From Macrostomum lignano (Eukaryota), in the NCBI GenBank assembly GCA_002269645.1, contig NIVC01000102.1:910951-974950 (forward strand): a stretch of DNA of 64,000 nt. Reading direction: 5' to 3'. Within the stretch, counting starts at the first letter, position 1, and every line of letters begins with the position of its first letter. The notes under the pieces were generated by a model, which saw only the letters and a program-made list of their open reading frames with translations, was not told where the DNA came from and ran no database searches. Both the position numbers and the translations under genes were made by a program. This document shows, piece after piece, positions 1 through 12,500 of the stretch.

Positions 1-357
1 TCACCTTGGCTCAGATTGGGTCAGATTGGATCAGATTGGGTCAACCTTGGCTCAGATTGGGTCAGATTGGGTCAGATTGGGTCAGATGGGGTCACCTTGG
101 CTCAGATTGGGTCAGATTGGGTCAGATTGGGTCAGATGGGGTCACCTTGGCTCAGATTGGGTCAGATTGGGTCAGATTGGGTCAGATTGGGTCAGATGAG
201 GTCAGCTTGGGTCATATTGGGTCAGATTAGGTCAGATTGGGTCAGATTTGGTCAGATTGGGTCAGATGAGGTCAGCTTGGGTCATATTGGGTCAGATTAG
301 GTCAGATTAGGTCAGATTTGGTCAGATTGGGTCAGATTGGGTCATACTGGGTCACTG
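1..357. repeat. 10-bp minisatellite (GGTCAGATTG)n, truncated by the window edge
   Basis: Tandem copies are directly visible; ORFs 6..230 and 16..300 are translations of the repeat. Confidence 0.95.
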
Positions 358-1264
358 GGCGGCAAGTGAGGTGTTCAGTGGGTCATTTGGTTTCATAAGT
401 AGGGACGGTCATTCTGTTGAATCGCAGTTGACTATCAGGGGTCATTTTCGACTGCCATTTGTAAAGTTTATGCTGTGAAGGTCAAATGAGAATAAAAATT
501 GATTTTTATTGCTCAACGCTTCGAATACGAGTAATACAGTACTACTGAATACAACTTGGCTAATAATTTGAGTGTAATGTAAAACATTAACAAATAAAAT
601 CATATTTAAATACATGTAGCATTCAATATTTGTTTGAAACAAGCTATCATAAACAGGAAGTTTTTTGTTAAACTGTTTAATTGCTGTTTATCAAAAAACT
701 GTTTTCACTTGGTAATTTTCAAACAATTACTGTAGCGATATTTGTTTTACTGTTTTTTTCGTGTCAAGTATACGAAATTCAAAGACAAACCGTTATTAAA
801 CAATCAGAGCAGTTTTGCGCTCTTGAAAAAATGATTAATAAATAAACAGTCTGCTAATTCAACGGTTAATTTATAGAGAAATTATCTGAGCTATCGTATA
901 TATTTTTTGTTAAAATGAAGTTTTAAAATATCAAGATATAAATATTTAAAATCAGCTTTCTTCAAACTTTCAGTGCTATTGAAAATTTAACCAAGTTTAA
1001 ACGAATTAAAGAGTTTTAAAATACAGCTCATTAGCAAATTGTGTGCAGGTTTCATTAAGAGGTCACACCGATTTATTAATGAAAATAATAAATAAAAAAA
1101 TAAATAAGCCACTATAATATAATAAACGTTGGACCCAAAATGAGCTTTGACGGCAATTCTGCGCATTCCTCTGAATCCTGAGCGCATACCAGCTTGTACA
1201 CTCGCTGGGCCTTGTGGGGTCCATGTCCATGGAAGCCACCCGCCCTTCTCAGCACAGTCAGCCA

Positions 1265-3201
1265 TCAGCTGAGCGACACGACATTGGCTGGCATCGGCTT
1301 GCCCGGCGGCTCCCGCTTCTTGACATTGCCCTCCCGCTTGGTGGCTTTCCGGTGGCTGTGCGGGATGACGCTGGGAGTCTGGCCAGACCGGCCCCGGCTG
1401 TTGCTGCTGGATGCCGACTGGATTTCCGGCAGCACCGAGTAGCGCTTCATCTCGCCGGCGCTGGATGCCGAACCAGAGTCCGGTGGTGGAGCGACTTCGT
1501 CCCAGGCCCGGGTGACGGCCGCCGAGCGTTGCGGCGGCTGCGGAGGCGGCGACAGGGCAGCGGCTGGCGATTCGGCAGGTCTTGTCGTCAGGCTGGCGAT
1601 CCGACGGTCGCGTTCGGCCAGTTGACGCCGAAGTGACTCAACAGCTGCCACCAGCTCGTCGGTTGCATCTGACGTCGTCGGCTGAACGCTGCCACCCTCG
1701 AGCACCTTCAGCAGGAGGCGGTGCCGAGCGGTCAGCATGGCGTTCTCCTCGGCTTGACCTGCCACAAGCCGGGACAGCTCCTCAGCCAGAGGCTGCTGCG
1801 GGTCGAAGTCGCCGCTGCCACCATCTGTGGAACTCGCCAACCTCTCTGCCAGCTGCACCACCTGGCGCCGCTCCTCAAGCAGAGCGCGACAGGTCGCCAG
1901 GAATCGTCCAGCGAACTCCGATTGAAACGACGCTAATCGATGACTGTCGTCCAGCTCCTGACGAAGGTTCTCAACGAAGCCGCCTTCTGTAGCGTCGCCA
2001 TCGGTTAAAATCGACGGCACCTGGTCGGCGGCTTCGGCTTGGAACTGTCGAGCTTCCGCTAGCACAAAATCAAAGGCGGCGCTGTAGGCTTCCAGACGGG
2101 CCGTCGCTCGCTGGGCCTGGCTCTCGCTGGCTGCCTGGTGACGCCGAGACACTTCTAGCTGACTGCGGAGCTCGCTGACATCATCCGCGGCTCCTGCCGC
2201 TGCGGCCAGTGTTGAGAGGCGCGACTCCAGCTGGGCGATGGTCTGGTCTCGCTCGGTAACGGCAGCTTGAGCTTGGGTCAGCTGCATCAGTTCAGAGTTG
2301 GGAGTTGGGTGTAGTTTGGTGTCTGTGAGAGCAATGACTGTACATGCAGCAGTGATCAGTGACTGTACATGCAGCAGTGATGTGACTAGTACATGCAGCA
2401 GTGATCAGTGACTGTACATGCAGCAGTGATCAGTGACTGTACATGCAGCAGTGATCAGTGACTGTACATGCAACAGTGATCAGTGACTGTACATGCAGCA
2501 GTGATCAGTGACTGTACATGCAGCAGTGATCAGTGACTGTACATGCAGCAGTGATCAGTGACTGTACATGCAGCAGTGATCAGTGACTGTACATGCAGCA
2601 GTGATCAGTGACTGTACAATGTACATGAAGCAGTGATCAGTGACTAAATGAAGCAGTGATCAGTGACTGTACTTGCAGCAGCAGTAATCAGTGACTGTAC
2701 ATGCAGCAGTGATCAGTGACTGTACATGTGAATCGAACTCACCTCAGCTTGCAGCTCAGCCATAGCAGCGGTCTTCTCTCGCACATCTCTAGCAGCTCGC
2801 CAGGACTCCTCAGCGTGCTGACGCCGCAGGCTCATGACGTCAGCACCAGCTGGGTCAAACAGGGACTCCCGGCACCAGGTCAGCAGCCGCCTCTCTGACA
2901 GGAACTCGGCGAGATCCGACTGAGCTTCGGGCGAGTCTACGAGACGATCGGCGACAGACTGAGGCAGGCGGTTGGATGTACCGAATAGCAGCGAGTTCGT
3001 GTGCTCGGCTGCGCTGGGGTCCTTGGAGTCCCAGGACGTCACTGCATGTGGCACAGGGGGTGGCGCCGTTAAAGGCTTCTTTAAAATCATGCCAGGTCGA
3101 GAAAGAAAAACATGCAAAAAGGAGAGGAGAGGAGAGAAAGAAATATGAGAACTTCTCTTCTGCTCTGCTTCCCGTCTCTTCACTGCTGCTGCTGCTTTCA
3201 T
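1265..3201 (-). CDS. Uncharacterised coiled-coil protein, at least 2 exons (about 3201-2743 and 2281-1265); 5' end unresolved
   Basis: Two GC-rich ORFs join in phase 0 across a GTGAGT...CAG intron (2742-2282) as AMAELQAE|LTQAQAAV. The protein is heptad-like and rich in E/Q/L/R/A. No family recognised. Confidence 0.7.
2330..2730. repeat. 25-bp intronic minisatellite (GTGATCAGTGACTGTACATGCAGCA)n
   Basis: Period 25 (units at 2401, 2426, etc.); fills the 2282-2742 intron. Confidence 0.95.
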
Positions 3202-3279
3202 GGACCGCTGGATTAGCCATCCGGACTGGGATAAACTGTCGCCTCAGTGGCACCATAGGAAGTTCAAGACTCATCTTTC

Positions 3280-3680
3280 ACAAGAACAGAGATTCACAAG
3301 ACCAACAATTTACAAGAACAAACATTCACAAGAACAGAGATTCACAAGAAGAGAGATTCACAACAACAGAGATTCACAAGAACAGAGATTCACAAGAACA
3401 GAGATTCACAAGAACAGAGATTCACAAGAACAGAGATTCACAAGAACAGAGATTCACAAGAACAGATATTCACAATAGATTCACAAGACCAGAAACTCAC
3501 AAGACTCGAAATTCACAATACTCGAAATTCAAAAGACCAGAGATTCACAAGACCAGACATTCACAAGATCAGACATTCACAAGACCAGACATTCACAAGA
3601 TCAGACATTCACAAGATCAGACATTCACAAGACTAGAAATTTACAAGCTTCAAAATTCAAAAGACTCGAAATTCAAAAGA
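3280..3680. repeat. 16-bp minisatellite (AGATTCACAAGAACAG)n, degenerate at its 3' end
   Basis: Tandem copies are visible; they explain the repetitive ORFs 2976..3737 and 3200..3478. Confidence 0.9.
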
Positions 3681-3764
3681 CAAGAGCCGAAGGCTTTAAA
3701 GGGCTTCAACCTCCGTTCCAGTCCAGGTGTCTCGTAGGGGGAAGTCCCTGACACTGAGCAAACA

Positions 3765-3971
3765 CTATTTTTCTATATAGAACAAAAGCTGCTCAAGTTC
3801 TTGATAAAAGCTCCCGTGCCCAAGCACTGCATGCGCAGGCACAGGGACCAAAAGCAGATTGAAGTGTCCGCAATAACCTGTCTGCAGCAGCAGCTCCGCC
3901 ATCAGGGGATGGCCGGCAATTCTCAGGCAGTGGGCCAGCTGGTGAAGTCGATCCGGTTCCAACGTTGCCAT
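3765..3971 (-). CDS. Possible coding exon (MATLEPDRLHQLAHCLR...), perhaps an upstream part of the coiled-coil gene
   Basis: 68-codon GC-rich ORF with protein-like composition between two repeats. A second minus frame is also open, so the frame is ambiguous. Confidence 0.3.
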   Translation of the reverse strand: MATLEPDRLHQLAHCLRIAGHPLMAELLLQTGYCGHFNLLLVPVPAHAVLGHGSFYQELEQLLFYIEK

Positions 3972-4099
3972 GGAGACAAACAGATTCGGATCGGATTGCC
4001 GACGGGTTAGAGGGGCTGCTGCGACTCTCTGAAGGAATTGCAGAGCGACGTTTGATCAGCTTGAATGGACTTGATTGGTTGGGTTTGGTAGGCTGCTGG

Positions 4100-4182
4100 C
4101 AAATATAGTGTGTTTCTGTGTTTGCATGTCTGTGTGTCTGCATGTCTGTATCAGTGTATCTGTCTGCCTGCATGCCTCTGCA

Positions 4183-4221
<39 letters not shown>

Positions 4222-4420
4222 GTGTCTGTCTGCCTGCATGTCTCTGCATGTCTGTCTGTCTGTCTGTCTGTCTGTGTGTGTGTCTGTTTGTCTGTGTCTG
4301 TTGTCAGTGTCTGTGTGTGTGTGTCTGCATGTCTGTCTTCTTGTCTGCATGTTAGTGTTAGTGTTGATCTGTATGTGTATCGGTATGTCTGTGCCAATAT
4401 TTCTGTATGTCTGTGTCTGC
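4100..4420. repeat. Compound (TGTC)/(TG) microsatellite
   Basis: Directly visible. Confidence 0.9.
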
Positions 4421-5269
4421 AGGTTTGTATCGGTTTAATTGATATGTCTATCTGTCTGTATATCTGCGTCTGTACATGCATATGTATGTCCTTGTGATTG
4501 TGCCAAAATATCTGCATAAAATTAATCATGTGCTGTATTCTATTTTTCAGTATTTTTACGCACATGTACATGTATCTATGCACTAGCTCCGACAAACTTA
4601 CAGAAGACTTAGGGGTTAAGCATCGCAATTCCATTCCAAGTCCTAAATCAATCTCTCTCCATCTCTCTTCCTGTCTGTCTCTGTGCTGTATATATATATA
4701 TATATGTTGTCGCATCAGTACATGATCTGAAATCCCACAAAACCAAAAGAATAGTGCTAATTTCGCCTCATGCTTGCCTTTAAAGCATGGCTCACTATAA
4801 AGTCACAGAGGTCCTACTAAGGTGTTTAATTAGTCTAGTGTTAGCTGCTTTACGTTCTCCGGGGTCTCCGGGGTTCCGGGGGTCTCCCCCCGGAAGTCAC
4901 AAGCTAGGTTGAAACATCCTGCCGAAAAAACTAAGGTTTGCTTTGAGATACGAGCTATCCGGATTGTGATGTCCGGGTCAAAGAACAATAATGTACTAAA
5001 ATGATTTTTTGGAACAAAAAGGCTAAGTGAAAGTGTTTCAAGGATGTAAAATTACTGAGTTAGGAAAGTTTTAAATGTTTCCTAATACTATATAATTTGG
5101 TGAATGAAAGGCCCTGGTTATTGGTCATTGTTCTTTGTTGGTCACTCCCCTTTCGACCCCCAAAAACTTTTATATACCTAATTTTCAATAGACCCCCATG
5201 CCTCTATCGAAGTTTAGGTACATGAATAAAAATCGATCCCCCATGAAGAATCTCCACACCCTAAAACCT

Positions 5270-5420
5270 CCCGTTACTTTTCGTTGTAAAATCGCGCGGT
5301 AAAGAGGCCAATGGTGCTCTACATTCCCATTTAACATGACTCGACATGCAGTGTTTTGATCTTTTCCCTGACTTCATCCTCCGTAAAGAGCAACACGCCG
5401 CTGCTGTTCCTTTTCTTGCG
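5270..5420 (-). mobile_element. Possible degenerate integrase zinc-binding (HHCC-like) remnant, Gypsy/Ginger type
   Basis: The minus frame reads RNRKKRNSSGVLLFTEDEVREKIKTLHVESC*MGM*STIGLFTARFY, resembling the E..I..LH...H.G...T...RFY integrase N-terminal motif. It contains stops, and the match is by eye only. Confidence 0.3.
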
Positions 5421-6020
5421 GTTTCTCACTTGTGACAGTGTAATTCGTAGAATCATCTGATCGTATTTCCTTATCTCGCATGCATACCCTACCACTTGTA
5501 TTCTTTAATTTATTTTAACAATATTCTATACGCATTATTATTGCGCTAATGTTACAGTTAATTGCGTTGTTTTTGTAGCCTCGTATGTATTTATTCTATT
5601 ATTTGTATTTCATTCATATCGTTTTATTTCTCGTAAAGTAGTTCTACCTATGTACATGTACTGGCGTATGTTATTCTTACACGATATAATTTATCGATTA
5701 ATTTGTACATCTACATTGCGCGCCGCGTGGGGGGTTTGTCTGGGTTTTGGATTAGGGGTGTTGTTGTTTGTTATCTGTTTACCTACCAATTAAATATACG
5801 CTTGCAGTCTCTCTCTTCTCTTCTGGGTTTTCGCTCCGCTTCTCGCGGGCCCTTAGCCGTCGCATTCAATTGCTTTTGTCGCACTAAAATTAAGCAGCTA
5901 CCAATCCAAACCTAACCTTCAATTCAATATACCAAATCTGCAATTTACGCTAAGGGAAGTCGGCTGCTAGCTCTAGATAATCAAACTTAACCGCTACACA
6001 AACCGTACGTCTTCCCGCCT

Positions 6021-7910
6021 TTATTCGTCACAAAAGACTTTACTTTTCTCTCCAATTTTGCGCTTCAAATTGTCCCTAACTTTGGCCGGCAAGTCTCCGG
6101 GAATTTCGACGTACTCCTTCAATACGAGCTCGCAAAAGAACACTTGGTTTAGACTCGCCTTTGCCATGTCTGTCTCCATTTGAAACTGCAAGTACCTCAG
6201 TCACACTTGCAGCCTTCTAAATTCTTAATAATTTAGCTTCTAAATAGCTATTAAAATACACTGAGCATCTAGAGCTCACCTCTGCTAGGTACAGATGTAT
6301 ACTCAGCAACAGTCAAAAGTTCCACCCTCCAAATTGCGAAAACTTCACACTCACAATTCAACCCTCAAGTTACGCAACTATAAAGCCGCCGCGAGGAAGG
6401 GAAAGTTGATTGAATATCATTACTCGTAGTAAACGTCAGTCGCACAAAATCATAAATTTTGTATGCAATATTCAGTTAGAATTGCGATGTGTGTAGGACC
6501 CCCTCGCACGCAGAAGTGCGGCGACTCTGCGGGGCATCCCAAGGATGAGGCGGCGCAGAAAGTCCTGGGGAAGCTGCTCCGAAGCATGTTCACGTTTCAA
6601 TAGCATGACGCAGAGCTCTCCGCAAAATACATGGTGGATTCTATTTTCGAATGTTGCGTTTTAGGAAGTCCCCAGACATGCTCGATGGGATTCTTGTCTG
6701 GGGACCGGGAAGGCCAGCGCAGAGTGCGCAGCTGTAGCTGTTCTTTCGGTTGACTGACAGCATCGGCTTGGTGTGGCGGCGCGTTGTCCTCCTGGACCAT
6801 TAAGCAGACCCAAGCCACCCCCAAGTGGCAATAAGCTTTGCGCGTGCCGTAAGTTGCGTCACTCGCAATATCTCGCTTAGTGGGGTGGAACTTTTGACTG
6901 TTGCTGAGTATATTAGCTGTTTGCATATAAAGGCTGTGTGAGTTCCTGCACATGCAACCAATAATTATTTGGCAGAGTTTTAGCCCCGAGGTTGTACACC
7001 GCTCACGTACATCTTTACCCCCAGAGATCTCAAATTCCTTTGTTATGCTTTGCGTTGTCCGGGACTCGAGATTGCAAAGCAGAGTCACATTTGTCTTGCG
7101 ATCTCCGGCCGGAGACTGCAAACGCACGGAGATTGCTAAGCCTAACACTGGTATAGATAAAACCCGCAACTCACCGATTTCACTCCATTCTGCTGCGATA
7201 TCAACTGAGATTCCTCCAACTGCTCAAGCAGCTGATCTGTCACTGGTACATTCTTTGACAGAATGGTCAAACATTTCTCAAGCCTCTGTCGACCCTCGTC
7301 TGAAGGCGGTTCGTCCATGCCCAGGTGTATCTACGCTGAGACAGCTCTCTATAGACTAAAGCATTCGAAATAGCCAAAGCAGTTTAAATGAGCGATTAAA
7401 TATACTGTACAGTGTTGCCCCTTATTCTTCATATAGCTACCCCCGTGTCAGAGCAGGGTCTGTTCTTATCTGCTGAGGTAAGAGAAGCTAGATTCACGCC
7501 TGACCCCTCTGCCCCTGGGTCAGTCCCCACCTCAGGTCTGCAATTAACAGGCCGCAGCAGACAACAGACTAAAAAAACCTGAACAATCGTTACATTTAAC
7601 AAGCCGCGCACTTTGAGAACACTCGGTCTAACTCAATTTCTATGTCTATTTCCATTGTAGACAAAGAAATTTTTATTTCTGTTTTCTCTTCAAAAAAATT
7701 CATCTCGGTTGAAATGATTCCACTTTTACTTAAGTCTGTCTTGGCTTATGGTATAACAGCGGCATTTATATATAGCTCGTAATTCTTTTTTGTAGCTCTG
7801 TAAGGGCGGGTCTAGTGTCTGTTCTTCATCATCAGAGAGAGGTTCTGGTCCATACTTTAGCAGTCTATATAAACATTTTTGAGCTTTAGGAGTTGCATTG
7901 AAGCTGCGAC
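6021..7910 (-). pseudogene. Multi-exon gene with a CARD/death-fold-like segment; one exon is interrupted by a Tc1 element
   Basis: Phase-consistent exons 7910-7730, 7537-7441, 7330-7175, 7115-7019, [6945-6911 + 6297-6280] and 6185-6021 (TAA). The translation includes RQRLEKCLTILSKNVPVTDQLLEQLEESQLISQQ...DRKTNVTLLCNLE. The 7440 donor (GTAGCT) is weak, and the CARD call is by eye. Confidence 0.55.
6300..6910 (-). mobile_element. Internally deleted Tc1/mariner element (611 bp) with intact TIRs and TA target-site duplication
   Basis: The TIR TACTCAGCAACAGTCAAAAGTTCCACCC at 6300 recurs as its reverse complement ending at 6910, with TA at 6298-6299 and 6911-6912. The interior encodes QEDNAPPHQ...LRWPSRSPDKNPIEHVW, the C-terminal half of the Tc1 DDE domain. 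Confidence 0.9.
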
Positions 7911-8019
7911 CTGCATCAAAATGCAATTACCTCTCACTTGAGAAGAAATTACTTTAACCCTTACGAGCTACATGTATATGATTAATCTTCATGATTGCCC
8001 TCTCCGAAATGCTCTCTCT

Positions 8020-8300
8020 CCCTAATGGCCTCTCCCTAATTCCCTCTCCTAATGCCCTCTTCTAATGCCCCCTCCCTAATGGCCTCTCCCTAATGGCCTC
8101 TCCCTAATGGCCTCTCCCTAATGGCCTCTCCCTAATGGCCTCTCCCTAATGGCCTCTCCCTAATTCCCTCTCCCTAATGGCCTCTCCCTAATTCCCTCTC
8201 CCTAATGGCCTCACCCTATTGCCCTCTCCCTAATGGTCTCTTTTAATGCCCTCTTCTAATGCCCTCTTCTTAATGCCCCCTCCCTAATGCCTCTCCCTAA
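8020..8300. repeat. 14-bp minisatellite (CCCTAATGGCCTCT)n
   Basis: Period 14 (8102, 8116, etc.). Confidence 0.9.
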
Positions 8301-9079
8301 TATACCACACTCCTTAAACTCCCAATACCTAATCTCCCACTATCTAAATAATCAGTCAGTTTTTTTAGAAAAATTTCTATAATCACAAATACGAGCCATC
8401 TATTAAAAACACCTTCATTTGTCTAGTGGCTACTAAAAGTAGACTGTAAGCGAATCCAAAAAATTAAAAAATTAACAAATAACAAATTCACAAACAAATC
8501 ATTGAATCTTTCTTCTCTGCTAAAATTCAGTAAAAAACAAAAATCAAAAGTCATATATACATATTTTTATATATTTTTATTCATTTTAAAAAAAATGTGT
8601 GCTCCCGTGTTTTCAAGTTTGTAAAACAATGCGACAAACCAGCTGAATATATGCAAAGAAAGCGATAGGACTCATGATAATACAGCAGAAGACAAACAAA
8701 CGATAAAACGTGTTTAACACAGACAAATTTTAAACAAATAAATATTTACAACTTCTTAAATCTATTAGCTGCTGCAGAGAAGTGCACTCGTTAAATAAAA
8801 AATTAACTTAATTTATAACGATAAACATTTCAAATGAAACGTTGATTCTGAAACATTAAAAAACATTTGATTGACTTTATTTTTCAAAAGTAAGACAATA
8901 AAAAGTTTTGTACAAAAAAGCAGTGCCAAGATTGCTGCTAATCATCTGTTCTGCTAATTGCTTAAAAATTTAACAAGCTTCATCAATAAATTGTTAAATC
9001 TTTGAGAGATTTTTAAAATTAGTATTATGAAAATAAATGAAATACACGATATATTAAAGACGAGAAAGTGCAGAAAATG

Positions 9080-9340
9080 GGAAGTAGATAAGGGTGGGAA
9101 GAGAAGTAGATAAGGGTGAGAAGAGAAGTAGATAAGGGTGAGAAGAGAAGTAGATAAGGAAGAGAAGTAGATAAGGGAGATGAGAGGTAGATAAGGAAGA
9201 GAAGAGAAGTAGATAAGGAAGAGAAGTAGATAAGGGAGATGAGAAGTAGATAAGGAAGAGAAAAAAGTCGATAAGGGAGATAAAAAAATGATAAGGGTGA
9301 GAGGAAAAGTATTGTAGATAAGGGAGGGGAGAGAAGTAGA
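9080..9340. repeat. Purine-rich repeat (GAGAAGTAGATAAGG)-like
   Basis: Directly visible; ORF 8954..9526 (-) is its low-complexity antisense translation. Confidence 0.85.
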
Positions 9341-9547
9341 CAAGAGAGCTAAAACATTATATTGAATGAGAGACGAGACAGTACATGAGACGAGTGGCTG
9401 AGACAGCTGATCCATAGCAAAATAAATCACAGAAATGCCAGACCTATTACAAGAAAATTGCCCAAAAAGAAATTCGATCAAAAAAGAGATTAAAAGCAGA
9501 GCTGCAGAATCACGCGATAACAGCATCCCACATGGTAAAAGCCTGCA

Positions 9548-12500
9548 TCATTCGCAAGCCAGTTTGCTGTCAAACGAGGACAGAGCAATGCCAAAGGCTT
9601 GCAGAGGGCACAGCGGATAAGCAAAGTCCATGGTGAACAAGTCGTCTGATATTCGGCCGAACTGCATCACGATTTGGTCCACTGCGAATTTTAATGAGAG
9701 GCTATTTGAGTTCAAAGATTGTAAATAAATTCTTGTGGTAAAAGTAAAGTTGCTTCATAAAAATGTCATAAATTTGCGTGTCGCAACTAAATTTGTCCAC
9801 TGTCTCATTTTTATGAAGGTCATTGAGTCTCTAAAACGGTCATTGGATTGATCATAAAGCTTTGATGAAGGTCATTGGGTTGGTCATTGAGATTCTATGA
9901 AGGTCATAAGGTTGGTCATTGAACCTCTATGAAGGTCATTGAATTGATCATAAAGCTTCTATGAAGGTCATTGGGTTGCTCATTCAGTCATGAACTTTAT
10001 TAGTTGGTCATAAGCTCATGAAGGTCATTATGGTTGGTCATAAACTCATAAAGGTCATTATAGTTGGTCATTAGCTCATGAAGGTCATTAGTTGGTCATT
10101 AACTCATGAATGTCATTAACTCATGAATGTCATTAGTTGGTCATTAGCTCATAAAGGTCATTAGTTGGTCATTAACTCATGAATGTTATTAACTCATGAA
10201 TGTCATTAGTTGGTCATTAGCTCATGAAGGTCATTAGTTGGTCATTAACTCATGAATGTCATTAACTCATGAATGTCATTAGTTGGTCATTAGCTCATGA
10301 AGGTCATTAGTTGGTCATTAACTCATGAATGTCATTAACTCATGAATGTCATTAGTTGGTCATTAGCTCATGAAGGTCATTAGTTGGTCATTAGCTCATG
10401 AAGGTCATTAGTTGGTCATTAACTCATGAATGTCATTAACTCATGAATGTCATTAGTTGGTCATTAGCTCATGAAGGTCATTATAGTTGGTCATTAACTC
10501 ATGAATGTCATTAACTCATGAAATTCAATAGTTGGTCATTAGCTCATGAAGGTCATTATAGTTGGTCATTAGCTCATGAAGGTCATTATAGTTGGTCATT
10601 AGCTCATGAAGGTCATTAGTTGGTCAATAACTCAAAGGTCATTAGCTGGTTACCCAAATGGACTCACCATCGTTGTCGCGAACGATTTGAAAATTTTTAA
10701 CCGACGCTTGAGTCACCCGACCATGAAAGTTGAGCACATAGGACTGGGTCTCTGTAAAGGTTCATACGACAATACAATCAGACTGGGCATTGTGATTCAA
10801 GGCTTGAAATTGAGTCTGCAGGTTAACTTAACTGCGACAAAGCACTCAATCATTTCAAAAATGGATGCATCCGATTACTATAATAAAGTATGATAGTTCT
10901 TGTATGTTCCACCCGAAGGCATTATAAATCATATTTATTTAATAAGCTTAAGCTTATACAATGAATGGGAGTATACATGTACTGGGCATAGGGTGTAATA
11001 AAACTGTAGAGGGTATAATTTATCAACTTTTGAATAGCTACAGAGATGCGGAAGAAAGCGTTAGACTTGGATCTTGATAAATACATGAAGCAAAGTTAAA
11101 GAGCTTTAACTGTCTCAACTGAAAGTGTCCACTGTCTCAACTGAAAGTGTCCACTGTCTCAACTGAATGTGTCCTCACTGTCTCAACTGAATGTGTCCAC
11201 TGTCTCAACTGAAAGTGTCCACTGTCTCAACTGAATGTGTCCTCACTGTCTCAACTGAATGTGTCCACTGTCTCAACTGAAAGTGTCCACTGTCTCAACT
11301 GAATGTGTCCTCACTGTCTCAACTGAATGTGTCCACTGTCTCAATTGAATGTGTCCACTGTCTCAACTGAATGTGCCCACTGTCTCAACTGAATGTGTCC
11401 TCACTGTCTCAACTGAAAGTGTCCACTGTCTCAACTGAAAGTGTCCACTGTCTCAACTGAAAGTGTCCACTGTCTCAACTGAATGTGTCCACTGTCTCAA
11501 CTGAATGTGTCCTCACTGTCTCAACTGAATGTGTCCTCACTGTCTCAACTGAATGTGTCCTCACTGTCTCAATTGAATGTGTCCACTGTCTCAACTGAAT
11601 GTGTCCTCACTGTCTCAACTGAATGTGTCCACTGTCTCAACTGAATGTGTCCTCACTGTCTCAACTGAATGTGTCCTCACTGTCTCAACTGAATGTGTCC
11701 TCACTGTCTCAACTGAATGTGTCCTCACTGTCTCAACTGAATGTGTCCTCACTGTCTCAATTGAATGTGTCCACTGTCTCAAGTGAATGTGTCCTCACTG
11801 TCTCAATTAAATGTGTACACTGTCTCAATTAAATGTGTCCACTGTCTCAATTAAATGTGTCCACTGTCTCAATTAAATGTGTCCACTGTCTCAATTGAAT
11901 GTGTCCTCACTGTCTCAATTGAATGTGTCCTCACTGTCTCAATTGAATGTGTCCACTGTCTCAATTGAATGTGTCCACTGTCTCAATTGAATGTGTCCAC
12001 TGTCTCAATTGAATGTGTCCACTGTCTCAATTAAATGTGTCCACTGTCTCAATTGAATGTGTCCTCACTGTCTCAATTGAATGTGTCCACTGTCTCAATT
12101 GAATGTGTCCACTGTCTCAATTGAATGTGTCCACTGTCTCAATTAAATGTGTCCACTGTCTCAATTGAATGTGTCCTCACTGTCTCAATTGAATGTGTCC
12201 ACTGTCTCAATTGAATGTGTCCACTGTCTCAATTGAATGTGTCCACTGTCTCAATTGAATGTGTCCACTGTCTCAATTGAATGTGTCCTCACTGTCTCAA
12301 CTGAATGTGTCCTCACTGTCTCAACTGAATGTGTCCTCACTGTCTCAACTGAATGTGTCCTCACTGTCTCAACTGAATGTGTCCTCACTGTCTCAATTGA
12401 ATGTGTCCACTGTCTCAAGTGAATGTGTCCTCACTGTCTCAATTAAATGTGTACACTGTCTCAATTAAATGTGTCCACTGTCTCAATTAAATGTGTCCAC

